Origin: Candidatus Pacearchaeota archaeon
GTDB lineage: Archaea; Nanobdellota; Nanobdellia; Pacearchaeales; GW2011-AR1
Assembly: GCA_018303995.1 (NCBI GenBank)
Contig: JAGVXB010000012.1
Span: forward strand, 1-63,833
Reading direction: 5' to 3'
DNA length: 63,833 nucleotides
Below are positions 1 to 7,816 of this stretch, piece after piece. The notes below the pieces were generated by a model. That model made no database searches. It was given only the letters and a program-made list of their open reading frames with translations, and was not told where the DNA came from. Positions within the stretch are counted from its first letter, which is position 1. Each line of letters begins with the position of its first letter. The position numbers and the translations under genes were made by a program.

Positions 1-36
1 TTCATGAAGCAGAGGTTCTTGTAAGTGCAGAATTAG

Positions 37-297
37 TTAAATAACTTTCAGTTTCCATCTGTTCACAATTCCGCATTTCAAACAAGTAATCTGTTTATAA
101 TCTTTTGACACTCTAACTTTTCCAAATCCTAAATCATTAAAGCATTTCTTGCAAAATCTTTTACGTCTATCTCCTAGACGAATACGATGAGCCATTGCAA
201 GAGTTTTAATTTTCTTAGTCAGATTAGGGTCAATTTTATCTTGTAAAAAATAATCTTCAATAATCCTCTGAGCTTCTTTCTTAGATATTTCTTTCAT
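37..297 (-). CDS. rnp4: RNase P protein component 4 (Rpp21/Rnp4 family), 86 aa
   Basis: Uses the internal ATG (cat at 295-297) of track ORF 37..477. MKEISKKEAQRIIEDYF...RFCKKCFNDL...ITCLKCG has the CxxC...CxxC zinc-ribbon layout of archaeal Rpp21. The longer N-terminal extension in the track overlaps a structured-RNA region. Confidence 0.7.
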   Translation of the reverse strand: MKEISKKEAQRIIEDYFLQDKIDPNLTKKIKTLAMAHRIRLGDRRKRFCKKCFNDLGFGKVRVSKDYKQITCLKCGIVNRWKLKVI

Positions 298-351
298 TAA
301 AAAAAACAAATCAACCCTATATTTAACATTGTCCACAAACAAAATAAAAAA

Positions 352-470
352 ATCGAAGACAACATCCGTGCTTTGCCTCTTGACGGAGACTACAACACGC
401 AGACGTAACCGGCTTGACTTCTGTGTTCGGAATCGAAATGTTACATTTATAAAACTTCCTATCACCTTTA
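352..470 (-). rRNA. 5S rRNA-like element (3' two-thirds convincing, 5' boundary uncertain)
   Basis: The reverse complement of 352-431 reads CCGAACACAGAAGTCAAGCCGGTTACGTCTGCGTGTTGTAGTCTCCGTCAAGAGGCAAAGCACGGATGTTGTCTTCGAT followed by a T7 run. This matches the universal 5S loop C/helix III signature (CCGAAC..AGAAGT.AAGCC). The distance from the motif to the 3' end is about 79 nt, as in E. coli 5S. It is GC-richer than its surroundings. Confidence 0.45.
446..454 (+). promoter_or_regulatory. TATA-like box (TTTATAAAA) about 28 nt upstream of tRNA-Leu
   Basis: Position and sequence fit an archaeal TATA box upstream of the tRNA 5' end at 478. Confidence 0.4.
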
Positions 471-477
471 TTTTCAT

Positions 478-562
478 GCGGGGGTTCCGGAGTGGTCAAA
501 CGGGATAGCCTCAAGAGCTATTGTGCTTAGTGCCTTCGGAGGTTCGAATCCTCCCTCCCGCA
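478..562 (+). tRNA. tRNA-Leu (anticodon CAA), class II with long variable arm
   Basis: Hand-folded cloverleaf: acceptor GCGGGGG/CTCCCGC, anticodon stem ATAGC/GCTAT, loop CTCAAGA, T arm GGAGG-TTCGAAT-CCTCC. CCA is not encoded. Confidence 0.9.
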
Positions 563-637
563 TCTAGTTACTCCGTAGCGAGTCTCCGAGCCTGTCGAGG
601 AGAGTCGAGCAAGAGAGGAACTAGAAAAGTTAGTTAA

Positions 638-712
638 GCTCTCGTAGCTCAGCCTGGATAGAGCAACTCCCTCCTAAGGCGTAGGTCGAAGGTTCAAATC
701 CTTCCGAGAGCG
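638..712 (+). tRNA. tRNA-Arg (anticodon CCU)
   Basis: Acceptor GCTCTCG/CGAGAGC, D arm GCTC-AGCCTGGATA-GAGC, anticodon loop CTCCTAA, T arm GAAGG-TTCAAAT-CCTTC. There is one U-C mismatch in the anticodon stem. Confidence 0.85.
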
Positions 713-713
713 T

Positions 714-1322
714 TTATTTTATAGTGGCTTTCAAAATTTTTCTTTTAATGTCTCGATTTAATCTAATTGGGCTAAATGTTTTTTCTTCTACCTTTATATT
801 ATTAAAATCTCTGAATAATTTAATTAACTCGTTCTTTTCAAAGAAATGACAAATCCTACCGTCTTGTTTTTGAATCGTATCTTTCTCTAGAATCTTACCT
901 TTCTGCCTAAAATCTCCTTTAGCAAAATCTTCAAATAATATTGTTCCATTATTCTTGAGAAGGGACTTTATTTTAGTAACGACATCTATTCTCTCCCTCA
1001 GTCTAAAGTTATTCAGAAAATAGTAGCAAACAATAACATCAAATTTCTTGTTAGTTTTAAACTTAAGAAAATCTTCATTTAGAAAAATAACTTTATCCGA
1101 TTTTATAGACTTCGAAGCTATTTTTATTGCCTCTTCAGATATGTCTATAGCAACAACTTCCTTAGGATTTTGACTTAAGATAGGCTTGAGTGTTTTCCCG
1201 TTTCCAACTCCAAGCTCAAGAATAGATTTTTTGTACAAGATTTTTTTAATATCTTTGGTGCTTTTTTTCCATGATAGTCCATTCAAATAAGAACTATTCC
1301 ACACAGTTTCTTGATTTTTCAT
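714..1322 (-). CDS. class I SAM-dependent methyltransferase
   Basis: Motif I ILELGVGNGKTL, followed by acidic and loop motifs (VAIDISEEA, DVIVCYYFL). Confidence 0.7.
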   Translation of the reverse strand: MKNQETVWNSSYLNGLSWKKSTKDIKKILYKKSILELGVGNGKTLKPILSQNPKEVVAIDISEEAIKIASKSIKSDKVIFLNEDFLKFKTNKKFDVIVCYYFLNNFRLRERIDVVTKIKSLLKNNGTILFEDFAKGDFRQKGKILEKDTIQKQDGRICHFFEKNELIKLFRDFNNIKVEEKTFSPIRLNRDIKRKILKATIK

Positions 1323-1408
1323 ATAACTACTTTGTTTAAGTATTATTTAATTAGTTTTAATTATTAAAAGGTTACAAACTATTAAAAAGTTGGAATCCTT
1401 AAAATATT

Positions 1409-1744
1409 ATGCCATTCAAAGATATCCAAAAGAGAAGAGAGTATAGAAGAGAATGGTATAAAAATAATCAAAGGTCTGAAATTAACCATGTCAAAAAAAG
1501 AAAATTTGAAATTAAATTATGGTATGTTAACCAAAAAAAGAATCTTTCATGCATTAATTGCAAAGAAAGTCATCCTGCAGTAATAGATTTTCATCATAAA
1601 ATGGGTTTTAAAAAAGAAAATGAAATCTCTTTCATGGTTGCAAATGGTTACTCAATTCCAATTATTGAAAAAGAAATCGAGAAATGCATTGTCTTATGTG
1701 CTAATTGCCATAGGAAGGAACATTACCAAAACAATAAACTTTAA
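1409..1744 (+). CDS. small stand-alone HNH endonuclease-like protein
   Basis: CINCKESHPAVIDFHHK ... VLCANCHRKEH gives a CxxC...HH...CxxCH HNH zinc-finger layout. The N-terminus is basic. Confidence 0.6.
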   Translation: MPFKDIQKRREYRREWYKNNQRSEINHVKKRKFEIKLWYVNQKKNLSCINCKESHPAVIDFHHKMGFKKENEISFMVANGYSIPIIEKEIEKCIVLCANCHRKEHYQNNKL

Positions 1745-1770
1745 AACCGCCCTTTATGAAAGAATATAAA

Positions 1771-1841
1771 GCGCCATTGGTTTAATGGTAGAACCTCTGA
1801 TTTCCAATCAGAAGGTAGGGGTTCGATTCCCCTATGGCGCA
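1771..1841 (+). tRNA. tRNA-Gly (anticodon UCC)
   Basis: Acceptor GCGCCAT/ATGGCGC, anticodon stem TCTGA/TCAGA, loop TTTCCAA, T arm AGGGG-TTCGATT-CCCCT. Confidence 0.9.
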
Positions 1842-1849
1842 TAAACAAA

Positions 1850-2830
1850 ATGGAACAAAATCAAAACAATCAAGCACAAGGAAATAACTCTCAAGTACAG
1901 CATCAGCACCAAAACCACCAAACCCATTCAACACAGCATAATAGTAATCAAAATGAAAATAAGAAACATTGGTATGACCGATGGTACAAGAGAATGTTGC
2001 TCCCCCCAGTAATATTATTAATAATTTGTTTAATTTACCTTTTTACATTTTATTCACAGACTGGAGATATAATATACAAAGATTCATCTCTTTCAGGCGG
2101 AACAACAATAACTCTGAAAGCAGAATTAAATATTGAAGGATTAAAATCTTATTTAGAACAAGCTGTTGACAACGTAAACATACGTAAAATTGCAGACTTG
2201 TCTACTGGAAAACAAATCGCAATATTAATTGATTCTTCAGCAGAGCCAGCAATTTTGAAACCATTAGTTGAAGAGTTCATAGGATACAAATTAACAAACG
2301 AAAACTCTAGTGTAGAATTCAGTGGTTCTACTTTGGGAAAAAACTTTTACAAACAATTAGTTACAGCAGTCATAATTTCATTTATTCTCATGTCTTTCGT
2401 GATATTTGTTCTTTTCAGAACATTTATTCCAAGTATCGCAGTAATATTTGCAGCATTTGCAGATATAGTAATGACTCTGGCAATGGTAGATATTTTAGGA
2501 ATTAGACTTTCAGTTGCAGGTATAGCCGCATTCTTAATGTTAATAGGTTATTCGGTAGATACAGACATTCTCCTAACCAGCGCAGTATTAAAAAAGAGAG
2601 GAGATACTGTAAATAAAAGAATCCACCGTGCTTTCAAAACTGGAATTTTCATGACTCTGACGGGATTAGTCGCAGTTATTCCGGCCTTTTTTATAGTTAC
2701 GGGATTACCAGATTCATTCAGACAGATTTTCTTAATCTTAGGATTAGGATTATTTGCAGATATAATAAACACATGGCTTACAAACGCATCAATAATTAAA
2801 TGGTATTCAGATTACAAAAAAATGAACTAA
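1850..2830 (+). CDS. secF: protein-export membrane protein SecF with Q/N/H-rich N-terminal extension
   Basis: SLSGGTTITL (SecF GxxFxGG-type motif) and a C-terminal 6-TM RND-like block (LIGYSVDTDILLTSAVLKKRG). It lies directly upstream of secD. Confidence 0.8.
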   Translation: MEQNQNNQAQGNNSQVQHQHQNHQTHSTQHNSNQNENKKHWYDRWYKRMLLPPVILLIICLIYLFTFYSQTGDIIYKDSSLSGGTTITLKAELNIEGLKSYLEQAVDNVNIRKIADLSTGKQIAILIDSSAEPAILKPLVEEFIGYKLTNENSSVEFSGSTLGKNFYKQLVTAVIISFILMSFVIFVLFRTFIPSIAVIFAAFADIVMTLAMVDILGIRLSVAGIAAFLMLIGYSVDTDILLTSAVLKKRGDTVNKRIHRAFKTGIFMTLTGLVAVIPAFFIVTGLPDSFRQIFLILGLGLFADIINTWLTNASIIKWYSDYKKMN

Positions 2831-4350
2831 TGGTAAAAATAAATTTCAGAATATGGATATTAATTATTGCATTAATACTAGCTCTGCTCATGATTTACCC
2901 TCGTTTTCAAGACGGAGTTGTAATTAAGAGTGTAGACAAAGATTACAAAGCTTTCGAAAGCGGACTAAGACCCGGTATGGAAATATTAGAAATAAATTCA
3001 GTAAAAATAGACTCATTAAATAAATATCTTGAAGTTACCTCGGATTTGCTGAAAGACAGTTCTGAAAAAAGAATAAGTGTAATAACAAAAAAAGATTCAT
3101 TTATTTTCTTAGATTCTAACTTGTCTGCAATTACTGTTTCAGAAATACCAAACTCTAATATAAAAACAGGATTAGACTTAAGTGGGGGAGTCAGGGCGTT
3201 AATAAAACCAGTAAATGGTTCTCTAACAGATTTAGAAATGTCTGATTTAATAGACATCACAAATCAAAGACTAAACGTTTTTGGATTAACAGATTTAACA
3301 GTTAGGTCTGCTAAGGACTTAGAAGGAAATAATTTCTTACTGATAGAAGTTGCAGGTGCGGCTCCAGATGATTTAGAATCATTAATTGCCAAACAAGGAA
3401 ATTTTGAGGCCAAGATAGGAAACGTAACTGCTTTCATAGGGGGCGACAAAGATATAACTTATGTATTTCGTGACGCAACTCAATCGGCAGTTTATACTCC
3501 AGAACCACTGGGAGACGGCAGTTATTTGAGCAGATTTAGTTTTACAATAACTCTTAGTGCAGAGGCGGCTCAACGTCATGCAGACATCACTAATCGTCTT
3601 TCTATTGACCCAAATTCAGGAGGCCAATATTTGTCTGAGAATTTAACTCTTTTCCTTGACGGAGAGTTAGTAGATGAATTAAGAATAAGTTCAGGTCTTA
3701 AAGGACAAGTAGCTTCTCAAATATCAATTCAAGGATCAGGAATTGGTTCAACGCCCGATATAGCCCTTTCAGAAGCAAGAGCTCAAATGCATAAACTACA
3801 AACCTTACTTCTAACAGGAAGCATACCATATCAATTAGAAATTATAAAATTAGATATTATATCGCCCTCTTTAGGAGAGGCTTTTACTAAAAGTATGATT
3901 TACTTAGCTTTAGTAGTTTTCATTATAGTTTCTACTGTTATCTTCATAAGATATAGGAAAATTAAAATAACTTCAGCAGTAATTTTAACAATGTTCTCAG
4001 AGATGTTTATAACCTTAGGAATTGCAGCGTTATTAAGATGGAACTTGGATGTTGCAGGCATAGCAGGCATAATTGCAGGCATTGGAACAGGCGTTAACGA
4101 CCAGATTGTAATTATAGACGAATCCGAATCCAAAGATAATTATAGCATGAAAGAAAAGATAAAACGGGCATTATTTGTAGTATTTGGAGCATTCTTTACA
4201 ATTATCGCAGCAATGTTACCTCTATTCTGGGCAGGAGCAGGTTTATTGAGAGGCTTCGCATTCACTACAATAATAGGAATAACCGTCGGAGTATTAATCA
4301 CTCGTCCGGCTTTCGCAGATTTAGTTAAACAATTAGGAGATAAGCAATAA
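2830..4350 (+). CDS. secD: protein-export membrane protein SecD
   Basis: GLDLSGGVRALIKP signature, a large extracytoplasmic domain, and a C-terminal TM block with GTGVNDQIVIIDE. I chose the start at the ATG overlapping the secF stop (TAATG at 2828-2832) rather than the track start at 2800. Confidence 0.8.
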   Translation: MVKINFRIWILIIALILALLMIYPRFQDGVVIKSVDKDYKAFESGLRPGMEILEINSVKIDSLNKYLEVTSDLLKDSSEKRISVITKKDSFIFLDSNLSAITVSEIPNSNIKTGLDLSGGVRALIKPVNGSLTDLEMSDLIDITNQRLNVFGLTDLTVRSAKDLEGNNFLLIEVAGAAPDDLESLIAKQGNFEAKIGNVTAFIGGDKDITYVFRDATQSAVYTPEPLGDGSYLSRFSFTITLSAEAAQRHADITNRLSIDPNSGGQYLSENLTLFLDGELVDELRISSGLKGQVASQISIQGSGIGSTPDIALSEARAQMHKLQTLLLTGSIPYQLEIIKLDIISPSLGEAFTKSMIYLALVVFIIVSTVIFIRYRKIKITSAVILTMFSEMFITLGIAALLRWNLDVAGIAGIIAGIGTGVNDQIVIIDESESKDNYSMKEKIKRALFVVFGAFFTIIAAMLPLFWAGAGLLRGFAFTTIIGITVGVLITRPAFADLVKQLGDKQ

Positions 4351-4351
4351 A

Positions 4352-4792
4352 ATGCTTCCACGCTGGCATATAATTTTTGGATTTGCTTTTTGTATAATTT
4401 TTAAGATTATTTCCCCAGACACACAATATTTATCTCTCTTTCTAATATGGTTTGCATCTATTTTCATCGACTTCGATCACTATTTATCTGCGGGAATAAA
4501 ATATGGAAAATGGAACCCATTTCACGCAATCCAACATAATTATGATTTACGTGAGCAGATAATAGACTCAAAAAAAGAAGGAGCATGTAAAAAAGGAGAC
4601 TTCCATATATTTCACACATTAGAATCTCATATTATAATTGGAATAATTGGATTATTTTTCACTCCGTTTTTCTTTGTTTTTATAGGAATGACTTTACATT
4701 CAATACTCGATTTGATTTGGATGGTCAGGCACGATGTTTTAGATTCAAGAGAATTCTTTCTTATAAATAAACTACGAACATTTATTTTATAA
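4352..4792 (+). CDS. hypothetical membrane protein (His-rich, possible membrane-bound hydrolase)
   Basis: Several predicted TM helices. Conserved-looking DFDHY and multiple His residues. No firm family call. Confidence 0.35.
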   Translation: MLPRWHIIFGFAFCIIFKIISPDTQYLSLFLIWFASIFIDFDHYLSAGIKYGKWNPFHAIQHNYDLREQIIDSKKEGACKKGDFHIFHTLESHIIIGIIGLFFTPFFFVFIGMTLHSILDLIWMVRHDVLDSREFFLINKLRTFIL

Positions 4793-5065
4793 AAAGCTAG
4801 CCACACCTTTAGACATAAGAAATAAGCTAAAAATCCATAAAATAAATGTGGCAGGAGTAAAGAAAATACCTACAAAAAATACAACTGCTGCTCCCAAATC
4901 TAAAATACTAAACAAATCTCCAGTTAATATAAATAATCCCTTCATAAAAAGAAGAGCCCCCAAAACCAACATCAATCGGAATGGCACATCTATAGAAAAT
5001 ATCATTCCTAAAAGTGTAATTGAGGCAACCAAATCAATAAATCCAAGTACTTTTACTAAAACCAT
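4787..5065 (-). CDS. small hypothetical membrane protein (3 TM)
   Basis: Hydrophobic 92-aa ORF. Convergent with the previous gene, with a 6-nt overlap. Confidence 0.4.
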   Translation of the reverse strand: MVLVKVLGFIDLVASITLLGMIFSIDVPFRLMLVLGALLFMKGLFILTGDLFSILDLGAAVVFFVGIFFTPATFILWIFSLFLMSKGVASFL

Positions 5066-5119
5066 AACAATTCCTACAATATTGCTTTTAAAAAATTAAC
5101 TAATGCCTTATTAATATAA

Positions 5120-5281
5120 TTATCCAAGTGCATAAATAAATGGACTTAACACAGAGCTCTGACCAAGAATAATTAAGGCGCCAATAATTACAAGGAGAAT
5201 AACAATAGGTAACAACCACCATTTTTTTCGAACCTTAAGAAAATCCCAAGTTTCCCCAAGCAACGATTTATTATTCGACAT
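5120..5281 (-). CDS. 53-aa membrane protein, DUF5989-like (not in ORF track)
   Basis: Hand translation: MSNNKSLLGETWDFLKVRKKWWLLPIVILLVIIGALIILGQSSVLSPFIYALG*. The FLKVRKKWWL-TM-PFIY pattern matches, from memory, the small proteins that accompany NodU/CmcH carbamoyltransferases. Confidence 0.55.
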   Translation of the reverse strand: MSNNKSLLGETWDFLKVRKKWWLLPIVILLVIIGALIILGQSSVLSPFIYALG

Positions 5282-5350
5282 AGAGTCTATACAATTTCTT
5301 CGTTTTTAAGTTTTTTGTATATTTTAATACTGAGATATACTAATAGTTTT

Positions 5351-7111
5351 TCAGTCTTTCGCATATTTTTCGCTATTCCAAGCATCATGAATATTGTCTG
5401 TACGATGTATTAGAAATTTATCCATAACTAAAGAATCAATGCCTGTTCCCATCATGCAACGATATGCTTCTTGAGGAGTGCATACAATTGGTTCTCCCCT
5501 AATATTGAATGATGTATTGATAAGGATAGGGATTCCAGAAAGTTTACCAAAAGCTTTGATAATATCATAATAACTCTCATTCTGGCTTCTTCGTATTGTC
5601 TGTAATCTTCCAGACCCATCAACATGAGTAACTGCAGGTATTTTCGCATGCCATTTCCTATGAATAGGGTAGACCATAAGCATAAAGTCAGTTATTTCCG
5701 GAATAGGCTTATCGCAATCAAAATACTTTTGAGCATCATCAATGCATACAACAGGAGCAAATGGCCTAAATTTTTCTCGATGCTTGACTTTTAAATTAAG
5801 TATTTCCTGCATATTTGGATTACATGGATTAGAAAGTATACTTCGCGCACCTAATGCTCTTGGTCCCCATTCCATTCCTTTTTGAAACCATCCAATAACT
5901 TGATTTTTTACCAATAAATCTGCAGTTTTTTGAATTAATTCTTTCTGTCCAGAAAATTCTATATATTTTATATTATTTTCATTCAAAACTTGCCGTATTT
6001 GTTCTGTTGTGTACGACGGACCCAAATAAACATTTTTTAGAACATATTTTCTTTTATTATTTAGTATGCAGTTATAAGCATAAAGCGCTGCACCCATACT
6101 AGTGCCTCCATCACCAGGGTCTGGTTGAATCCAAATCTTTTTGAACTTAGTTTTGCGGAGAATTTTTCCATTATAAACACTATTCAGTGCAACACCTCCA
6201 GAAATAACTATTTCCTTACATTTTGTTTGCTGTTGCACATAATTAAGAATATTAGTCATTAATGTTTCAGTAACTAGTTGTACTGCCGCAGCTATATCTT
6301 TATGTCTTGAATTTAGTTCAGATTCTGGTTTTCTTATTTTTCCTCCAAGTAAAATACAAAGTTTTTTTGAAGGCATACGATTTTTAAAAGAATAATCAAA
6401 ATAGTCCATATTAAATCTATAACTTCCATCTTTTTTTATATCTATAATTGACATAATTTTAGAATAATAAGGATTAGTTTTAGGATCCATATTTCCATAA
6501 GATGCTAAACCCATTACTTTATATTCAGAATTATTAACGCTAAAACCAAGGTATGCTGTAATTGTAGAATATAAAAGCCCTATTGAAGATGGAAATTTAA
6601 TCTCTTTTAAGAGAGTAATCTTATTTCTGTTACCTATACCATAAGCCGTAGTGGTCCATTCACCAACCCCATCTGCAGTTACAATAGCTGCTTTTTTAAA
6701 AGGACTTAGCAAAAAAGAACTGGCTGCATGTGCAAGATGATGCTCTATAAACAGAACATCTCCCTTATAACTTAACTTTTTCTTTATATTTTTTAATACC
6801 CTAAGTTTTTCATTAAACCAAGAAGGCATATTAGATAAGAATATTTTATATGTTTTAGGAAAATATTCTATATGTTGATGTAATAATCTTTCAAATTTAA
6901 GCATAGGTTTTTCATAAAAGGCAATATATCCAATATCTTTGATAGTTATTCCCTGACTTTCAAGACAGTACTCAACGGCATGAAGGGGAAATCCAGTATC
7001 ATGTTTTTTTCTTGTAAAACGCTCTTCTTGAGCAGCAGCCACAACTACACCATCTTTTACCAAAGTAGCAGCAGAATCATGATAAAAACAGCTCAATCCC
7101 AAGATATACAT
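5351..7111 (-). CDS. carbamoyltransferase (NodU/CmcH family)
   Basis: The N-terminus MYILGLSCFYHDSAATLVKDG..AAAQEERFTRKKHD and the length (586 aa) are typical of the family. Confidence 0.9.
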   Translation of the reverse strand: MYILGLSCFYHDSAATLVKDGVVVAAAQEERFTRKKHDTGFPLHAVEYCLESQGITIKDIGYIAFYEKPMLKFERLLHQHIEYFPKTYKIFLSNMPSWFNEKLRVLKNIKKKLSYKGDVLFIEHHLAHAASSFLLSPFKKAAIVTADGVGEWTTTAYGIGNRNKITLLKEIKFPSSIGLLYSTITAYLGFSVNNSEYKVMGLASYGNMDPKTNPYYSKIMSIIDIKKDGSYRFNMDYFDYSFKNRMPSKKLCILLGGKIRKPESELNSRHKDIAAAVQLVTETLMTNILNYVQQQTKCKEIVISGGVALNSVYNGKILRKTKFKKIWIQPDPGDGGTSMGAALYAYNCILNNKRKYVLKNVYLGPSYTTEQIRQVLNENNIKYIEFSGQKELIQKTADLLVKNQVIGWFQKGMEWGPRALGARSILSNPCNPNMQEILNLKVKHREKFRPFAPVVCIDDAQKYFDCDKPIPEITDFMLMVYPIHRKWHAKIPAVTHVDGSGRLQTIRRSQNESYYDIIKAFGKLSGIPILINTSFNIRGEPIVCTPQEAYRCMMGTGIDSLVMDKFLIHRTDNIHDAWNSEKYAKD

Positions 7112-7112
7112 T

Positions 7113-7364
7113 TTAAAATTGTCTATAATACTCCTTTATCGGTTTTGTGGTTAAATTAATGTCTTTCCAATATGTTCCAGCACCAGGATTTATTTTCAAT
7201 TCCAATATTTCTTCCTTATTAAAACAAGTTAAAATCCATGTAATTCCTACGCCAATAAAATAAACCACAGTTAACAATACGCTATTGACTAAACGCGCAA
7301 TGTCCTCACCAAACATTTTCTGACCTTGATGAAATTCATTAATAATAGATTTTAATTCACTCAT
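7113..7364 (-). CDS. SxtJ-like small membrane protein (C-terminal-half-like)
   Basis: One TM segment, then ...GTYWKDINL...YYRQF. This resembles, from memory, the C-terminal part of SxtJ-family proteins found next to carbamoyltransferases. The stop is 1 nt from the carbamoyltransferase start. Confidence 0.4.
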   Translation of the reverse strand: MSELKSIINEFHQGQKMFGEDIARLVNSVLLTVVYFIGVGITWILTCFNKEEILELKINPGAGTYWKDINLTTKPIKEYYRQF

Positions 7365-7558
7365 GAAAGTATCCTCTTGAGTATTCTAGAAATAAAAATA
7401 ATTCCAATTGCAATTCCAAGAACATGTAGATAGTTCCAACTAGAGGGTATCTTTTCGAAAAAAGATAGCACAAAATAAAGTATTCCTGAAAATATTACTA
7501 ACATCAATAGATATGCCAATAGTTTAACGCTCTTAGATTTCTTATCAAAAAAGTGCAT
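7361..7558 (-). CDS. small 2-TM membrane protein (possible N-terminal half of a split SxtJ-like protein)
   Basis: 65 aa with two hydrophobic helices. ATGA overlap with the next ORF. Confidence 0.35.
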   Translation of the reverse strand: MHFFDKKSKSVKLLAYLLMLVIFSGILYFVLSFFEKIPSSWNYLHVLGIAIGIIFISRILKRILS

Positions 7559-7783
7559 GCGAGGCAGAAGATAGAAGGGTTTAAAAATTAATCGCAGATT
7601 AATCAGTTATTTACTTGCCTAAATATGCCTCCAAATATTTGTCTTTCCAAGCATCATAAGAATACCCACCATAAGCATATTTTCTCACAGTAAATTTTAA
7701 ATATTTCTAGATTCATTATCAAAAAATTTATAAGAATCTTAAAAATTAATTAAGAGTTCATTAATATTATCTTTAAACAGCCC

Positions 7784-7797
7784 AAATATTTAAAAAA
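7784..7797 (+). promoter_or_regulatory. TATA-like box (AAATATTTAAAAAA) about 25 nt upstream of the ATG at 7817
   Basis: Spacing matches the pattern seen at several other genes in the window. Confidence 0.35.
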
Positions 7798-7816
7798 GCC
7801 CATCTTATAAAACAAT

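Noticed and set aside
323-514. Track ORF of 63 aa (minus strand) and the N-terminal 60 codons of ORF 37..477.
   Set aside because: Both run through the 5S-like element and the tRNA-Leu gene or its promoter. The Rpp21 homology only begins at the internal Met (297). They are treated as non-coding artefacts.
2548-4361. Multiple 60-105-aa minus-strand ORFs inside secF/secD.
   Set aside because: They are antisense to strongly supported membrane-protein genes. AT-rich genomes with hydrophobic codons generate such frames by chance.
7611-7706. 32-codon open frame on the minus strand ending ..KYAYGGYSYDAWKDKYLEAYLGK*.
   Set aside because: It looks like the C-terminal stub of a lost gene, but it has no start codon and is too short to assign. 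It is noted only as a possible gene remnant in the 258-nt spacer.
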